A DNA stretch of 64,000 nt, taken from Bacteroidales bacterium (GTDB lineage: Bacteria > Bacteroidota > Bacteroidia > Bacteroidales > Muribaculaceae). The stretch spans positions 7,710 through 71,709 of the forward strand of contig SFNM01000001.1 of NCBI GenBank assembly GCA_004552725.1. Reading direction: 5' to 3'. The position numbers were made by a program, and so were the translations under genes. Shown one piece after another: positions 1 through 10,330 of this stretch (position 1 is its first letter; every line of letters begins with the position of its first letter). The notes under the pieces were generated by a model. It ran no database searches and had not been told where the DNA came from. It was given only the letters and a program-made list of their open reading frames with translations.

Positions 1-495
1 ACCGTTTTCTTTGAGGAATGAGAGCAGGGTGGAGTATTGCGCTTTGGAGGCTACGATGGCCACGTCGGCGTAGTTTTTGGCGGCGGCGCGGATGAGAGAG
101 ATGCCGCCTATGTCGATTTTTTCGATGATGGCATCGTGGTCGGCGCCGGAGGCGACGGTTTGTTCAAAGGGGTATAGGTCGACGATGACCAGGTCGATTT
201 CGGGGATGTCGAATTGCGACATGGTGTCGACGTCGCTTTGGAGGGAGCGACGCCCTAAGATGCCGCCAAATACTTTGGGGTGGAGTGTTTTGACGCGTCC
301 GCCCAGGATGGATGGGTATCCGGTGAGGTCTTCTACGGCGTCGCAGTCGTAGCCTTGCTCTTGGATGAATGAGCGTGTGCCGCCGGTAGATAAGAATTTT
401 ACGCCATCGTTGGCCAGAAGGCGAAGGATTTCGTCGAGGCCATCTTTGTGGAATACGGATATTAAAGCAGTTTTAATCGACTTAGTATCAGCCAT
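1..495 (-). CDS. purH: Bifunctional AICAR transformylase/IMP cyclohydrolase, 5' part (runs off the window start)
   Basis: Manual translation from ATG at 495: MADTKSIKTALISVFHKDGL...LSTGGT...GGRVKTLHPKVFGGIL...IDIGGISLIRAAAKN, the hallmark PurH motifs. Absent from the ORF track because it is truncated. Confidence 0.95.
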   Translation of the reverse strand, partial: MADTKSIKTALISVFHKDGLDEILRLLANDGVKFLSTGGTRSFIQEQGYDCDAVEDLTGYPSILGGRVKTLHPKVFGGILGRRSLQSDVDTMSQFDIPEIDLVIVDLYPFEQTVASGADHDAIIEKIDIGGISLIRAAAKNYADVAIVASKAQYSTLLSFLKENG

Positions 496-671
496 TTGAG
501 AAGCTTCTTTTTGGGTTTTTACCTGAAAAATAGATTATTAGTAGCGATGGCTACTATTGCAAGTGCACTATTGAGAGTGCAAAGGTACGAAAAAATCGCA
601 AGATTTCCGCCACAAATCGGCGCAAATTTTTGGCGGAAAGCAAAAAAAGTGGCAGATGAGGGTTGATAGGT

Positions 672-718
672 AAAAAACAAGCGTAAGAACGTGTTTTGGG
701 GTACGTTCTTACGCTTGT
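672..718 (-). terminator. Intrinsic terminator of the upstream minus-strand operon
   Basis: 16-bp perfect inverted repeat ACAAGCGTAAGAACGT (677-692)/ACGTTCTTACGCTTGT (703-718) followed by a T-run on the minus strand. Confidence 0.8.
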
Positions 719-740
719 GGTGTGAGAAGAGCCGAGGGAG

Positions 741-1610
741 TTAGTCGATTTGGATTACTAAGTAGTTGGTGAGGCTCCAGAATTGGTCGGGGTTGGTGAT
801 TTTGAGTACTTTTTGGCCGTTTTGTTCTACGATTTGGTAAGAGCCGGAGGGGTGGTTGGTGAGCACCTTAGCTTTGTTGGAGTGCAACGCGATGGTGTGC
901 AGGGTGCGACGGTCGGCGGTGACGAAGAACGATTGGTCGAAGTCGGAGCGCATGATTTTGGTTTTGCGCAGGAAGCCGCTTTCGATGATTTTGTGTTCTT
1001 TGAGTTCTTTTTTGCTGGCTACCACGTAGTAGCAGGTGTTCATTTCGTTGGCGAGTTCTTGGGTTTCGGCTTGAGCCTGGTCGCGTTCGCCGGTGACGGT
1101 GTTGACGGTAGTGTGGAGTGAGTCGACGGTGGAGTTGAGTTCGCCGATTTGACGGTTTGCATCGTCGAGGCTTGCGCGAAGGTTCTCAATTTCAGCGGAT
1201 TGGGAGTCGATTTGAGCGCGCAGGGTCTCCACGGTTTGTTGGAGGTTTTTATTGTTGAGGGTGGATTGTTGTAGACGGCGTTCGAGCTGTTCGAGTTGTT
1301 CGCGACGTTGCTGCAATGTTTGTTGAATTGCAGCGATGTCGGCTTCGATTTGTGCTCGTTGAGAGGGAGTTTCGCCATTCACACCGGTTGATACGGTGAG
1401 AATGTTTTCGAGGCGTTTGATTTCGGCCATGCCGCTTGAAATTTCGTTGACGAGGCTTAATAATTGGTCGCGGTCGGCCACAGCGGCGGCTAATTCTTGC
1501 TTAGTGGCGTCTTGGAGTTGCTCTTCAGTGGTGACATCTTGTTCAGGTTTTTTGTCGCATGCTGAAAGGATGGCCAGGCATGCGAGCGACATCAATAAAA
1601 ACTTTTTCAT
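741..1610 (-). CDS. Coiled-coil lipoprotein (Cbp1-like family)
   Basis: Lipobox LSAC, a long heptad coiled coil and a conserved-looking C-terminus (LTNHP...L.IT.P..FWS...YLVI). Adjacent to rsmI. Confidence 0.7.
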   Translation of the reverse strand: MKKFLLMSLACLAILSACDKKPEQDVTTEEQLQDATKQELAAAVADRDQLLSLVNEISSGMAEIKRLENILTVSTGVNGETPSQRAQIEADIAAIQQTLQQRREQLEQLERRLQQSTLNNKNLQQTVETLRAQIDSQSAEIENLRASLDDANRQIGELNSTVDSLHTTVNTVTGERDQAQAETQELANEMNTCYYVVASKKELKEHKIIESGFLRKTKIMRSDFDQSFFVTADRRTLHTIALHSNKAKVLTNHPSGSYQIVEQNGQKVLKITNPDQFWSLTNYLVIQID

Positions 1611-1633
1611 TGTGTTGTGACTTGTTTGTATTG

Positions 1634-2356
1634 TTAATCGAGGTCGGTTTTATACTTATTTGTATGGGCTTTTTTGGCGGGTTCGGGTTTACCACCGACA
1701 ATTATAACAATTTCACCGCGCGGATTGTTTGCGGTGAAATGGTCGATGAGTTGTGCGAGGGTGCCGCGCACGGTGGTTTCGTGCACTTTGGAAATTTCGC
1801 GGCTGACCGATGCGGGGCGGTCGAGTCCGCAGAATTGTGCTAATTGTTGGAGTGTTTTGACTAATCGCAGGGGCGATTCGTAGATGATGAAAGTGCGAGG
1901 GTCGTCGGCTAAGAGTCGGAGGCGGGTTTCTCGCCCTTTTTTGGGGGGCAAGAAGCCCTCGAACACGAAGTAGTTGCAGGGCAGGCCGGAGTTGACCAGC
2001 GCGGGGACGAAGGCGGTGGGCCCTGGGAGGGTGACTACGTTGACGTGGCGGTTGCGACATTCGCGGGCGATGAGGAAGCCGGGGTCGGAGATGCCGGGAG
2101 TGCCGGCGTCCGACACCAGGGCGATGGTGTCGCCGCCTTCGATGCGTTCGGCTAATTGGGCCGAACAGTCGTGTTCGTTGAATTTGTGGTAACTCTGCAT
2201 GGGTGTGTTGATGCCGAAGTGTTGCATCAACACGCTGCTGGTGCGGGTGTCTTCGGCCAGTATGAGCGATGCTTGTCGGAGCACGTCGATGGCTCGCGGG
2301 CTCATATCGGCGAGGTTGCCGACGGGTGTCGGCACTATGTATAGTGTGCCTGACAT
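1634..2356 (-). CDS. rsmI: 16S rRNA (cytidine1402-2'-O)-methyltransferase
   Basis: LYIVPTPVGNLADMS, AEDTRTS, ALVSDAGTPGISDPG, FEGFLP and YESP motifs. Confidence 0.95.
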   Translation of the reverse strand: MSGTLYIVPTPVGNLADMSPRAIDVLRQASLILAEDTRTSSVLMQHFGINTPMQSYHKFNEHDCSAQLAERIEGGDTIALVSDAGTPGISDPGFLIARECRNRHVNVVTLPGPTAFVPALVNSGLPCNYFVFEGFLPPKKGRETRLRLLADDPRTFIIYESPLRLVKTLQQLAQFCGLDRPASVSREISKVHETTVRGTLAQLIDHFTANNPRGEIVIIVGGKPEPAKKAHTNKYKTDLD

Positions 2357-2920
2357 TTATTTAAAGTAACTTTCGATGATTTCCATGAACGATTTTACAT
2401 CTTGATTTTGTGGGTCGAGCATGAGGTCGTCGTAGATGTATTCTTTGGCTTCGTCGAATGAACTCATGGCGGCGAAGAGGTCGAGGGTGTCTTCGAAGGC
2501 TTGTTCGTCGCCGTCGAAGACTTCGCGACGGAAGAAGTATTTGTCGTTGATGGTGAAGAAGTTGCGGATAGGCATGCGTGGGCGCGCCGGAGCGGCTTGG
2601 GGTGCTTCGGCTGTGGGTGCCGGAGCGGGCTGGGGCAGTTCGGCTTCCGCCTCACCACAGGACTCAGGGCTGATGGGGGCTTCTGGTTGGGGCAGTTCGG
2701 CTTCCGCCTCACCACAGGACTCGAGGCTGGTGGGTGGCTGTGGTAGTTCGGCTTCCGCCTCACCACAGGACTCGAGGCTGATGGGGGCCTCAAGCAGTTG
2801 GCATAGTTGTGTGGCTTTGAGGCGTGCTTGGTCGAGGGCTTCGTCGGCTCCGCGTTGTTGATATACGCGGAGCAGGCCTTCGATTTCGATATTGAGGGTT
2901 ATGAGTTGCTGTACGTTCAT
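2357..2920 (-). CDS. Hypothetical protein with an internal Pro/Glu-rich repeat linker
   Basis: Conserved-looking C-terminus (FTINDKYFFRREVF) and three ESCGEAEAELPQ repeats. Confidence 0.75.
   Translation of the reverse strand: MNVQQLITLNIEIEGLLRVYQQRGADEALDQARLKATQLCQLLEAPISLESCGEAEAELPQPPTSLESCGEAEAELPQPEAPISPESCGEAEAELPQPAPAPTAEAPQAAPARPRMPIRNFFTINDKYFFRREVFDGDEQAFEDTLDLFAAMSSFDEAKEYIYDDLMLDPQNQDVKSFMEIIESYFK
2637..2773. repeat. Three identical 29-bp direct repeats inside a CDS
   Basis: AGTTCGGCTTCCGCCTCACCACAGGACTC at 2637, 2694 and 2745 (spacing 57 and 51 bp, in frame). Confidence 0.9.
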
Positions 2921-2923
2921 ATT

Positions 2924-4288
2924 TTATTGATTTTCGAGAAATTGCGTGAGATAATCGGCTATGGCTGTTCGTAAATCGGCTCGTTTGCAGAAGAAGCCGT
3001 TGACGAACACCACAACCACGTGTGTGGGCATGCCTTCGTCGTCGAGGAGGTATCCGGCCATGTTTTGCACGTTGCGCATGGAGCCGGTTTTCATGGCGGC
3101 ACGACCTTGGAGGGGCGTGTCGCAGGCGAATGATTTGAGGGTGCCGTCGATGCCGGCCACGGGTAGCATGTCGATGAAGAGGTCGGCGTATTCGGTGTAG
3201 AGCATGGCTTCGAGGAGTTGGCCTACGGTGGCGGGTTGCATCAGGTCGGCGCGAGCGAGTCCGCTGCCGTCGAGTAGTTGGAGGCAGTCGGTGTCGATGC
3301 GGAGCGAGTCGAGCATTTTCAACTCGGTTTGGAGGCACACTTGGCGGCAACTGTCGGGGGCGAGAGTGCGGAGCATGCCTTCGGCCAGGAGGTTGTCGCT
3401 GATTTTGTTTGTGACGTAAAGGATTTCGCCGAATGATGGCGAATGGTGGGTGTAGACCGTGCGTGACGCGCCTGACGAGGTGTCGCGGCTGTCGTCGTCG
3501 CTTACTTCGATGTGGGCTTGGGCGAGTTTGGCTTTGAGCAGCATGGCAAACATGGCAGCGGGGTCGTTGAGGGTGGAGTTGATGCTGAAATTGGCTTGCC
3601 GACGTTTGCGTCGGGGCATCACCACGGTGAGGCGGTTTGAGCCGAAGCCTCGGCGCAGGTCGGTGGTGCTGCGGGAGGTGACCACGTTGATTTCGAGGGT
3701 GGAGGCGGGTTCGGTCGCCCCTTTGTTGGGGAAGACCTTCACGTAGTTTTCGCCGTAGTTGAAGCCGTATAGGCCGGCGCCGTAAGGCCAAGGGATGTCG
3801 TCGCACTCCCAGTTGACTATAGCGCCTGCCTCGGGCAAGTGCTCGTCAATGCGTATGCGTCCGTCGATTTTGTTGAGGCCCATTTGTTGGATATGGGCCA
3901 CAATCGAGTCGCAGAAGCCCATGTATTCGGCAAATTCGCTGTGCTCGATGGTGGGGTCGGCGCAGGCCTCGATAATCAAGTCGCCGCGCCATTGGCCTTG
4001 GCCGGCGGGGTGCCCCGAGAGGCGCACGTTGGTGGTGAAGCAGGAGTCGATGCCGCATTGGAGCATCACGGCGGCTGAAGTAATCAATTTGGTGACGCTG
4101 GCGGGAGTCATGGCGCGCGAGGCGTTGTGGGAGACCAACACCTCGCCGCTGCGGAGGTCTTTGACGTAGATGCCCACGGTGGTGGCATCTCCGCGGTAGA
4201 TGTTGAGGATGTTTTCGTCGGCGTGGGCTGATGCCACGCAGAGCGATGTGAGCAGTAGGGCGAGTATGTAGTTGGTAATTGTACGCAT
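2924..4288 (-). CDS. dacB: D-Ala-D-Ala carboxypeptidase/endopeptidase (PBP4, peptidase S13)
   Basis: PASVTK (SxxK), SDN, DGSGL and KTG motifs, plus a signal peptide from ATG 4288. Confidence 0.9.
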   Translation of the reverse strand: MRTITNYILALLLTSLCVASAHADENILNIYRGDATTVGIYVKDLRSGEVLVSHNASRAMTPASVTKLITSAAVMLQCGIDSCFTTNVRLSGHPAGQGQWRGDLIIEACADPTIEHSEFAEYMGFCDSIVAHIQQMGLNKIDGRIRIDEHLPEAGAIVNWECDDIPWPYGAGLYGFNYGENYVKVFPNKGATEPASTLEINVVTSRSTTDLRRGFGSNRLTVVMPRRKRRQANFSINSTLNDPAAMFAMLLKAKLAQAHIEVSDDDSRDTSSGASRTVYTHHSPSFGEILYVTNKISDNLLAEGMLRTLAPDSCRQVCLQTELKMLDSLRIDTDCLQLLDGSGLARADLMQPATVGQLLEAMLYTEYADLFIDMLPVAGIDGTLKSFACDTPLQGRAAMKTGSMRNVQNMAGYLLDDEGMPTHVVVVFVNGFFCKRADLRTAIADYLTQFLENQ

Positions 4289-4370
4289 TTTGATTACATT
4301 GATGTATGATAGCACAAATGTAGCAATTTTTTCTCAATTCCAACTATATTTTTCGGAATTTTAAGAGAAA

Positions 4371-5132
4371 TTATAGCGCGACGGTGAGGCCGTCGTAGGC
4401 GAGGCGGACGTTGGGCGGCAACGCCACATGGGCTTGAGGGCCCATGTCGTGGCTCATGTGGATGAGGAACGTTTGCTTTGGGTGCAAACGTTCGATTATC
4501 TGCAGCGATTCGCTTAGGCTCATGTGAGTGGGGTGAGGTTCGGTGCGCAAGGCGTTGATTATTAGGGTATCAACGCCTTCGATGGCGGCGATGGTTTGGT
4601 CGGGCATCGTTTTGCAATCGGTGATGTATGCCAGCCGATTGCCGAAGCGGAAGCCGAGGATTGGCAGTTGGCCGTGCATTATTTCGACGGGGAGGATGTG
4701 CTGCTCGGCGATGGTGAATGGGATGCCGGGTTGGATTTCGGTGATGGCGAAGGTGGGCACCCCGGGGTATAGGTGCTTAGCAAACGACCAGGGGTTGCGT
4801 TGGCGCAGGTCGTGGGCCACGTCGGCGGCGCAGTAGGTGGGGAAATGGCGGCCGCCTTTGCAGTAGGGCCGCAGGTCGTCGATGCCGCCGGTGTGGTCGT
4901 AGTGAGAGTGGGTGATAAGGAGGGCTTCGAGGGCGGGAGAGCCGGCGGCGAGGATTTGGGAGCGGAAGTCGGGACCGCAGTCGATGAGTATGTTGTGGCC
5001 GGAGTCGAGGGTCACGATGGCCGACGCTCGCAATCGCTTGTCGCGCGCGTCGGTGGAAGTGCAAGTGGCGCAGTTACAGCCGATTTGAGGCACACCGGTG
5101 GAGGTGCCGGTGCCTAAAAATCTTATTTCCAT
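4371..5132 (-). CDS. MBL-fold metallo-hydrolase (PhnP-like)
   Basis: FLGTGTSTGVP...C.C..C, THSHYDH, AYITD and HMSH motifs. Confidence 0.9.
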   Translation of the reverse strand: MEIRFLGTGTSTGVPQIGCNCATCTSTDARDKRLRASAIVTLDSGHNILIDCGPDFRSQILAAGSPALEALLITHSHYDHTGGIDDLRPYCKGGRHFPTYCAADVAHDLRQRNPWSFAKHLYPGVPTFAITEIQPGIPFTIAEQHILPVEIMHGQLPILGFRFGNRLAYITDCKTMPDQTIAAIEGVDTLIINALRTEPHPTHMSLSESLQIIERLHPKQTFLIHMSHDMGPQAHVALPPNVRLAYDGLTVAL

Positions 5133-5135
5133 AAT

Positions 5136-6059
5136 CTATTTGCGATATCGGGTGAGGATGCCGTCTTCAAAAATGAGGTAAATGCCGTTGTCGTAGAGCC
5201 AGCGCTCGAGTTGGGCGGCGCGCGTGGCTCCGCGGTTGATGGATGATGGGGCACCGAGTGCGAGTCGGCACTCGTCGCGAGTCATACCTACGGCCACTTG
5301 CGAGCGGGTAATCAACTGCCATGTGTGGTCGGATATTTGCGGATAATTGGTTCGCGGGTCGGAAAAAGAGAAGAGTCGGTCGAAATTGCGGGTGGCGGCG
5401 CGCGAGGTGCCGTAGGTGAGCCACACGAAGTGCTCACCGGGGATTTCGTCGGCCGAGAAGGCCACGCGTAGCGGCAGGTTGGATGTACCTGCCACCACGG
5501 AGTCGATGGTCACCGGCACATGTCGCAGTCCGTGGATTGAGCGGCCGTTGGCTTCATACCACAGAGGGGTGGTGATGAAGCACCGGCAGCCGCGCAGCAG
5601 CGAGTCGGCGGTGTGCACGGCATCGAGGTTGATGGCAAATGGTATTTCGAGCGAACGTCGCTGCTCGAAACTCTCGGCGTCGATGCCGGTGGGGTAGCAG
5701 AGCGAGTCGCCGCGGTCGGAGCGGAAGAGTAGTTCGACGGTTTGGCGACCGGTCACGTCGGTGACATTACGCTTGCTTACCAGCGCAATGCGATGGCCGG
5801 CCAGCGAGTCGGCGCCCACGGCGGGTTGGGCGAAGATGAGGGCTATCTTGTCGTCGTCGACCAGCCACTCCTTGCCCGGCGCCCAATGGGCGGGCGGGGT
5901 GTCGCGCACCGCCTGCATCAGCGCCATCTCGCGGCTATCGCTGATGCCCGCCGCGTCGACGTCGGCCGAGGAGATGCGAGGGGTGGAGTCAACGCCGGTG
6001 AAGCAACTTGACAGCGTGGCACATATTATAATATATATAATCGGAGGTATCGCTTTCAT
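5136..6059 (-). CDS. Hypothetical lipoprotein
   Basis: Lipobox LSSC after ATG 6059 and a C-terminal GMT..ECRLALG.P...W.Y motif. Confidence 0.7.
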   Translation of the reverse strand: MKAIPPIIYIIICATLSSCFTGVDSTPRISSADVDAAGISDSREMALMQAVRDTPPAHWAPGKEWLVDDDKIALIFAQPAVGADSLAGHRIALVSKRNVTDVTGRQTVELLFRSDRGDSLCYPTGIDAESFEQRRSLEIPFAINLDAVHTADSLLRGCRCFITTPLWYEANGRSIHGLRHVPVTIDSVVAGTSNLPLRVAFSADEIPGEHFVWLTYGTSRAATRNFDRLFSFSDPRTNYPQISDHTWQLITRSQVAVGMTRDECRLALGAPSSINRGATRAAQLERWLYDNGIYLIFEDGILTRYRK

Positions 6060-6268
6060 TTTGATAGTGTAGGGCAAAATATTTACTGAAAAACAAATTT
6101 TTTTGAGAAAAATTTTTTGGCCGAAAAAAGGCTCGAAAGGAGCCAACAAGCAAGGCTATATGGGCTAAATTTGTGGCAAATTTACAAAAAAATAGCGAGA
6201 TAGCCAAAAAAGTGATTTGGCAGGCGGGAAAAATGCGTTGTAAAACATAAAAAAAAGTTGCAAAAATG

Positions 6269-6300
6269 TTTGGTGCATAATAATTTAATAACTACATTTG
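6269..6300 (+). promoter_or_regulatory. Bacteroidetes sigma70 promoter of gdhA
   Basis: TTTG (6269-6272), a 20-nt spacer, then TACATTTG (6293-6300). Confidence 0.7.
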
Positions 6301-6367
6301 CGGTGGAATTCAAAAACAACCTTAAAATCACGATAAAACTACCAAATCTCCCTAAAACCCATACGAA

Positions 6368-7705
6368 ATGGATATTAACAAATTAATGGCTGACCTGGAA
6401 GCCAAGCATCCCGGTGAAAAAGAATATCTGCAGGCAGTGAAAGAAGTGCTGCTCTCTGTAGAAGAAGTGTACAACCAACACCCCGAGTTCGAGCGCAACA
6501 AAATCATCGAACGCATGGTTGAACCCGACCGTATCGTTACCTTCCGCGTAACCTGGATCGACGACAAAGGCGAAGTACAAAACAACATCGGCTATCGCGT
6601 GCAATTCAACAACGCCATTGGCCCGTACAAAGGCGGTATCCGCTTCCACGCTTCCGTGAACCTCTCTATCCTCAAATTCCTCGGCTTCGAACAAACATTC
6701 AAAAACGCCCTCACCACCTTGCCTATGGGCGGCGGTAAAGGCGGTAGCGACTTCTCGCCCCGTGGCAAGAGCGACCGTGAAATCATGCGCTTCTGCCAAG
6801 CCTTCATGCTCGGCTTGTGGAAGAACCTCGGTCCCGACCGCGACGTGCCCGCCGGTGATATCGGCGTAGGCGGCCGCGAAGTGGGCTACATGTTTGGCAT
6901 GTACAAACGTCTGGTGAACGAACACACCGGCACATTCACCGGCAAAGGCCTCGAATTCGGCGGTTCGCTCATCCGTCCCGAAGCCACCGGCTACGGCGCT
7001 CTCTACTTCGTGCAAAGCATGCTCAAAGAAAAAGGCCAAGACATCGCCGGCAAAACCGTGGCTATCTCCGGTTTCGGCAACGTGGCTTGGGGCGCTGCCA
7101 AGAAAGCAACCGAACTTGGTGCTAAGGTAGTGACCATCTCCGGTCCCGACGGCTACATCTACGACCCCGCCGGCCTTAACGACGAAAAGATTGAATACAT
7201 GCTCGAACTCCGCGCTTCCGGCAACGATATCGTGGCTCCCTACGCTGAAAAATTCCCCGGCTCGGAATTTTTCGCCGGCAAAAAGCCTTGGGAACGCAAA
7301 GTGCAAATCGCTCTTCCCTGCGCTACCCAAAACGAACTCAACGGCGACGACGCCAAAGCACTGGTGGCTAACGGCGTAGAAATGGTGGCTGAAGTGTCGA
7401 ACATGGGCTGCACCCCCGAAGCAATCGACACCTTCATCAACTCGCGCACCACTTACGCTCCCGGTAAGGCTGTGAACGCAGGCGGCGTAGCCACTTCCGG
7501 CCTCGAAATGAGCCAAAACGCTATGCACCTCCAATGGAGCGAAGCCGAAGTAGACGAAAAACTCCACGCTATCATGGCTTCTATCCACACTCAATGTCTC
7601 AAATACGGCCGCGAAGCCGACGGCTTCATCAACTACATGAAAGGCGCTAACATCGCCGGCTTCATGAAAGTGGCTCACGCTATGATGGGACAAGGCATTT
7701 GCTAA
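6368..7705 (+). CDS. gdhA: NAD(P)-specific glutamate dehydrogenase
   Basis: GPYKGGIRFH, GGGKGG, DVPAGDIGVG, RPEATGYG, GFGNV and NAGGVATSGLEM motifs. Confidence 0.97.
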   Translation: MDINKLMADLEAKHPGEKEYLQAVKEVLLSVEEVYNQHPEFERNKIIERMVEPDRIVTFRVTWIDDKGEVQNNIGYRVQFNNAIGPYKGGIRFHASVNLSILKFLGFEQTFKNALTTLPMGGGKGGSDFSPRGKSDREIMRFCQAFMLGLWKNLGPDRDVPAGDIGVGGREVGYMFGMYKRLVNEHTGTFTGKGLEFGGSLIRPEATGYGALYFVQSMLKEKGQDIAGKTVAISGFGNVAWGAAKKATELGAKVVTISGPDGYIYDPAGLNDEKIEYMLELRASGNDIVAPYAEKFPGSEFFAGKKPWERKVQIALPCATQNELNGDDAKALVANGVEMVAEVSNMGCTPEAIDTFINSRTTYAPGKAVNAGGVATSGLEMSQNAMHLQWSEAEVDEKLHAIMASIHTQCLKYGREADGFINYMKGANIAGFMKVAHAMMGQGIC

Positions 7706-7734
7706 TTCAAGTCTAACAAAACCAACAGTCCTCA

Positions 7735-7771
7735 AAAGAGAGGCGCCCTATTGTGTGGGCGCCTCTCTTTG
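7735..7771. terminator. Likely bidirectional terminator between gdhA and PBP1A
   Basis: Inverted repeat AAAGAGAGGCGCC...GGCGCCTCTCTTT between converging genes. Confidence 0.75.
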
Positions 7772-7862
7772 TGTGTATGCTGATGCAGTAGTGGCTTGCG
7801 CCACCCCACTGCGGCCGGTGGCTGATGGCTTGCGCCTCACCACCCGGGTGGGGGTGGTGGGC

Positions 7863-10244
7863 TTAGTCGAACACGCCTTCGACGCTCTCTTCGGTAGTAT
7901 CAAGTTCGGGCTCGATACCACCGAGTTCGCTCTCACACAGGTTGAGCCCGGCGGGGAAGGTGAATGTCTTTGATTGTGAATAGTGGAGTGAGGGGTCGGC
8001 GTACACTCGGGTGATGTAGAGGCCGTAGATGGGCAAGGCCATTGAGGCGCCTTGCCCCTCGGCCATGGAGTTGAAGTGGATGTAGCGCTCTTCGCCGCCT
8101 ACCCACACGCCCGATACCAACTCGGGCGTGAAGCCCATAAACCAGCCGTCGGCATTGTAGTTGGTGGTGCCGGTTTTGCCACCCATTTGGGCGGTGATGT
8201 TGTAGGGCGCACGGCGCAGGCGGTTGCCGGTGCCGCTGTCGACCACGTTGAGCAGCATCGATAGGATGCGGTAGTAGCCTTTTTCGGTGATGACTTCGGT
8301 TTGTATGGGGCCGAATTCGCTGATGATGTTGCCGTTGGAGTCGCAGATGGCTGATACGAACACGGGGTTGGAGCGCATGCCGTAGTTGGCGAAGGCGCTG
8401 TAGGCTGTGACCATCTCTTTGACCGACACTTCGCAGGGTCCGAGGCAGAGCGAGATGACGGCGGGCAGTTGGTTGGTGATGCCGTAGGAGTGCATACGTT
8501 TCACCAACTCGGCGGGGTTGAGTTGGGCCATCAACCGGGCGGATATCCAGTTGTTGGAGTTGGTGAGTGCCCATCGCAGGTCGACCATTTCGCCGATGCG
8601 GGCTTTGCCGGAGTTGCGTGGCGACCATGGGCGGCCGCTTTCGTCGTAGAAGGTGGGCTGCTCGTTGAGTAGTTGGTCGCATGGAGTGAAGTCCGACTCT
8701 ATGGCGTATGTGTAGAGGAATGGCTTGATGGTGGAGCCGATTTGTCGGCGTCCGGTCGACACCATGTCGTATTGGAAGAAGCGGAAGTCGGGCCCTCCCA
8801 CGTAGGCTTTGACGTAGCCCGTGGTGGGGTCCATCGACATGAAGCCGCAGCGTAGGAAACTTTTGGTGTAGAGGATAGAGTCGCGGGGTGTCATAACGGT
8901 GTCGAGGGGACCGTCGTAACTGAACACCACCATTTCGGTGGGTGTGTCGAATTGGCGGTCGATTTCGGCATCGGAAAGGCCGGCTACTTTGGCCACGCGC
9001 CGGCGTTCGCTTTGGCGGATGGCTGTGGCGATGAGTTTGCGGCGCATATCTTGGGTGAGTTCGGCGGGGTTGGAGGTGTATGGAGCCGAGGCCGACCCGC
9101 GTTTTTCGCGGTTGAATTGTGATTGGAGGTGGCGCATGTGTTGGGCTACGGCCTGTTCGGCGTAGGTCTGCATGCGGGAGTCGATGGTGGTGTATATGCG
9201 CAGGCCGTCGGAGTAGATGTCCCAGTGCGAGCCGTCGGGTTTGGGGTTTTTGTCGATCCACCCGTAGAGGGGGTCGTTGACCCATGCTATGGAGTCGTCG
9301 AGGTATTTTTGCTGCTCCCACTCTTGGTAGTCGGAGCGCACGGGGCGGTGTGCGGTGAGGTATCGGCGGAGTTCCTCGCGGAAGTAGGGTGCGAGGCCCT
9401 CCTTGTGGTCGACGCGGTGGAAATCAAGCACCAGGGGGAGTGCTTGTAGGGAGTCGAGTTGGGCGCGGGTGAGCATATCGGCTTTGTACATTTGCTCGAG
9501 CACCACGTTGCGGCGGTCGCGAGTGCGCTCGGGCTTGCGCACGGGGTTGTAGTACGATGGGTTCTTGACCATACCCACCAGGGTGGCGGCCTCTTCGATG
9601 GTGAGGTCGCGCGGGTCTTTGTTGAAGTAGACTTTGGCTGCTGATTTGATGCCGACGGCGTTGTAGAGGAAGTCGAATTGGTTGAGATACATTTTGAGTA
9701 TCTCATCCTTGGAGTAGAAGCGTTCGAGTTTGACGGCAATCATCCATTCGATGGGTTTTTGGACTGCACGCGAGAGGAAGCCGTCGGATGGCGGGGTGTA
9801 GAGTTGCTTGGCGAGTTGTTGGGTGATGGTGGAGCCGCCGCCGGCATTTTTTTGGCGTAAAATGACGGTTTTGACTACGGCGCGCGAGAGGGCGCGCACG
9901 TCGATGCCGGAGTGGTCGAGGAAGCGTGCGTCTTCGGTGGCGATGAGTGCGTTGACCACGTTGTCGGAGATTTCGTCGAGGTCGGCGTAGACGCGGTTGC
10001 CCGAATTGCGGAAATAACGACCCAATTCGGCGCCGTCGGAGGCGTAGATTATTGAGGCGTATTTGTCTTGGGGGTTGCGGAGTTCTTCGATGGGGGGCAT
10101 GTAGCCGATGATGCCGTTGTAGACGAGTATCAGCAGCAACAGCACGAAGGCGAAGCCGCAGCCGAATGTGAGCCACAGGATGCGGATGAGGTGTTGCTTC
10201 CATGTGGTTTTGGCGAGTGAGGGAGTATTTTGGGTAGATGGCAT
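7863..10244 (-). CDS. Class A penicillin-binding protein (PBP1A; GT51 + transpeptidase)
   Basis: N-terminal TM helix, EDARF.DH.G, GGSTITQQLAK, GSTIKP, SNN and KTGT motifs. Confidence 0.92.
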   Translation of the reverse strand: MPSTQNTPSLAKTTWKQHLIRILWLTFGCGFAFVLLLLILVYNGIIGYMPPIEELRNPQDKYASIIYASDGAELGRYFRNSGNRVYADLDEISDNVVNALIATEDARFLDHSGIDVRALSRAVVKTVILRQKNAGGGSTITQQLAKQLYTPPSDGFLSRAVQKPIEWMIAVKLERFYSKDEILKMYLNQFDFLYNAVGIKSAAKVYFNKDPRDLTIEEAATLVGMVKNPSYYNPVRKPERTRDRRNVVLEQMYKADMLTRAQLDSLQALPLVLDFHRVDHKEGLAPYFREELRRYLTAHRPVRSDYQEWEQQKYLDDSIAWVNDPLYGWIDKNPKPDGSHWDIYSDGLRIYTTIDSRMQTYAEQAVAQHMRHLQSQFNREKRGSASAPYTSNPAELTQDMRRKLIATAIRQSERRRVAKVAGLSDAEIDRQFDTPTEMVVFSYDGPLDTVMTPRDSILYTKSFLRCGFMSMDPTTGYVKAYVGGPDFRFFQYDMVSTGRRQIGSTIKPFLYTYAIESDFTPCDQLLNEQPTFYDESGRPWSPRNSGKARIGEMVDLRWALTNSNNWISARLMAQLNPAELVKRMHSYGITNQLPAVISLCLGPCEVSVKEMVTAYSAFANYGMRSNPVFVSAICDSNGNIISEFGPIQTEVITEKGYYRILSMLLNVVDSGTGNRLRRAPYNITAQMGGKTGTTNYNADGWFMGFTPELVSGVWVGGEERYIHFNSMAEGQGASMALPIYGLYITRVYADPSLHYSQSKTFTFPAGLNLCESELGGIEPELDTTEESVEGVFD

Positions 10245-10330
10245 ATTATCAACGTTGGTTTTCAAACCACAAATTTACGGCAATTTTTTGGAATAGCCAA
10301 CATAAAAGCGAAAAAATGCGTTGTAGGCAA

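Noticed and set aside
496..660. ZTP riboswitch upstream of purH
   Set aside because: Only small hairpins are present and I could not recognise the pfl/ZTP consensus.
6383..7735. 450-aa ORF antisense to gdhA
   Set aside because: Shadow of a strongly codon-biased gene, with no recognisable motifs.
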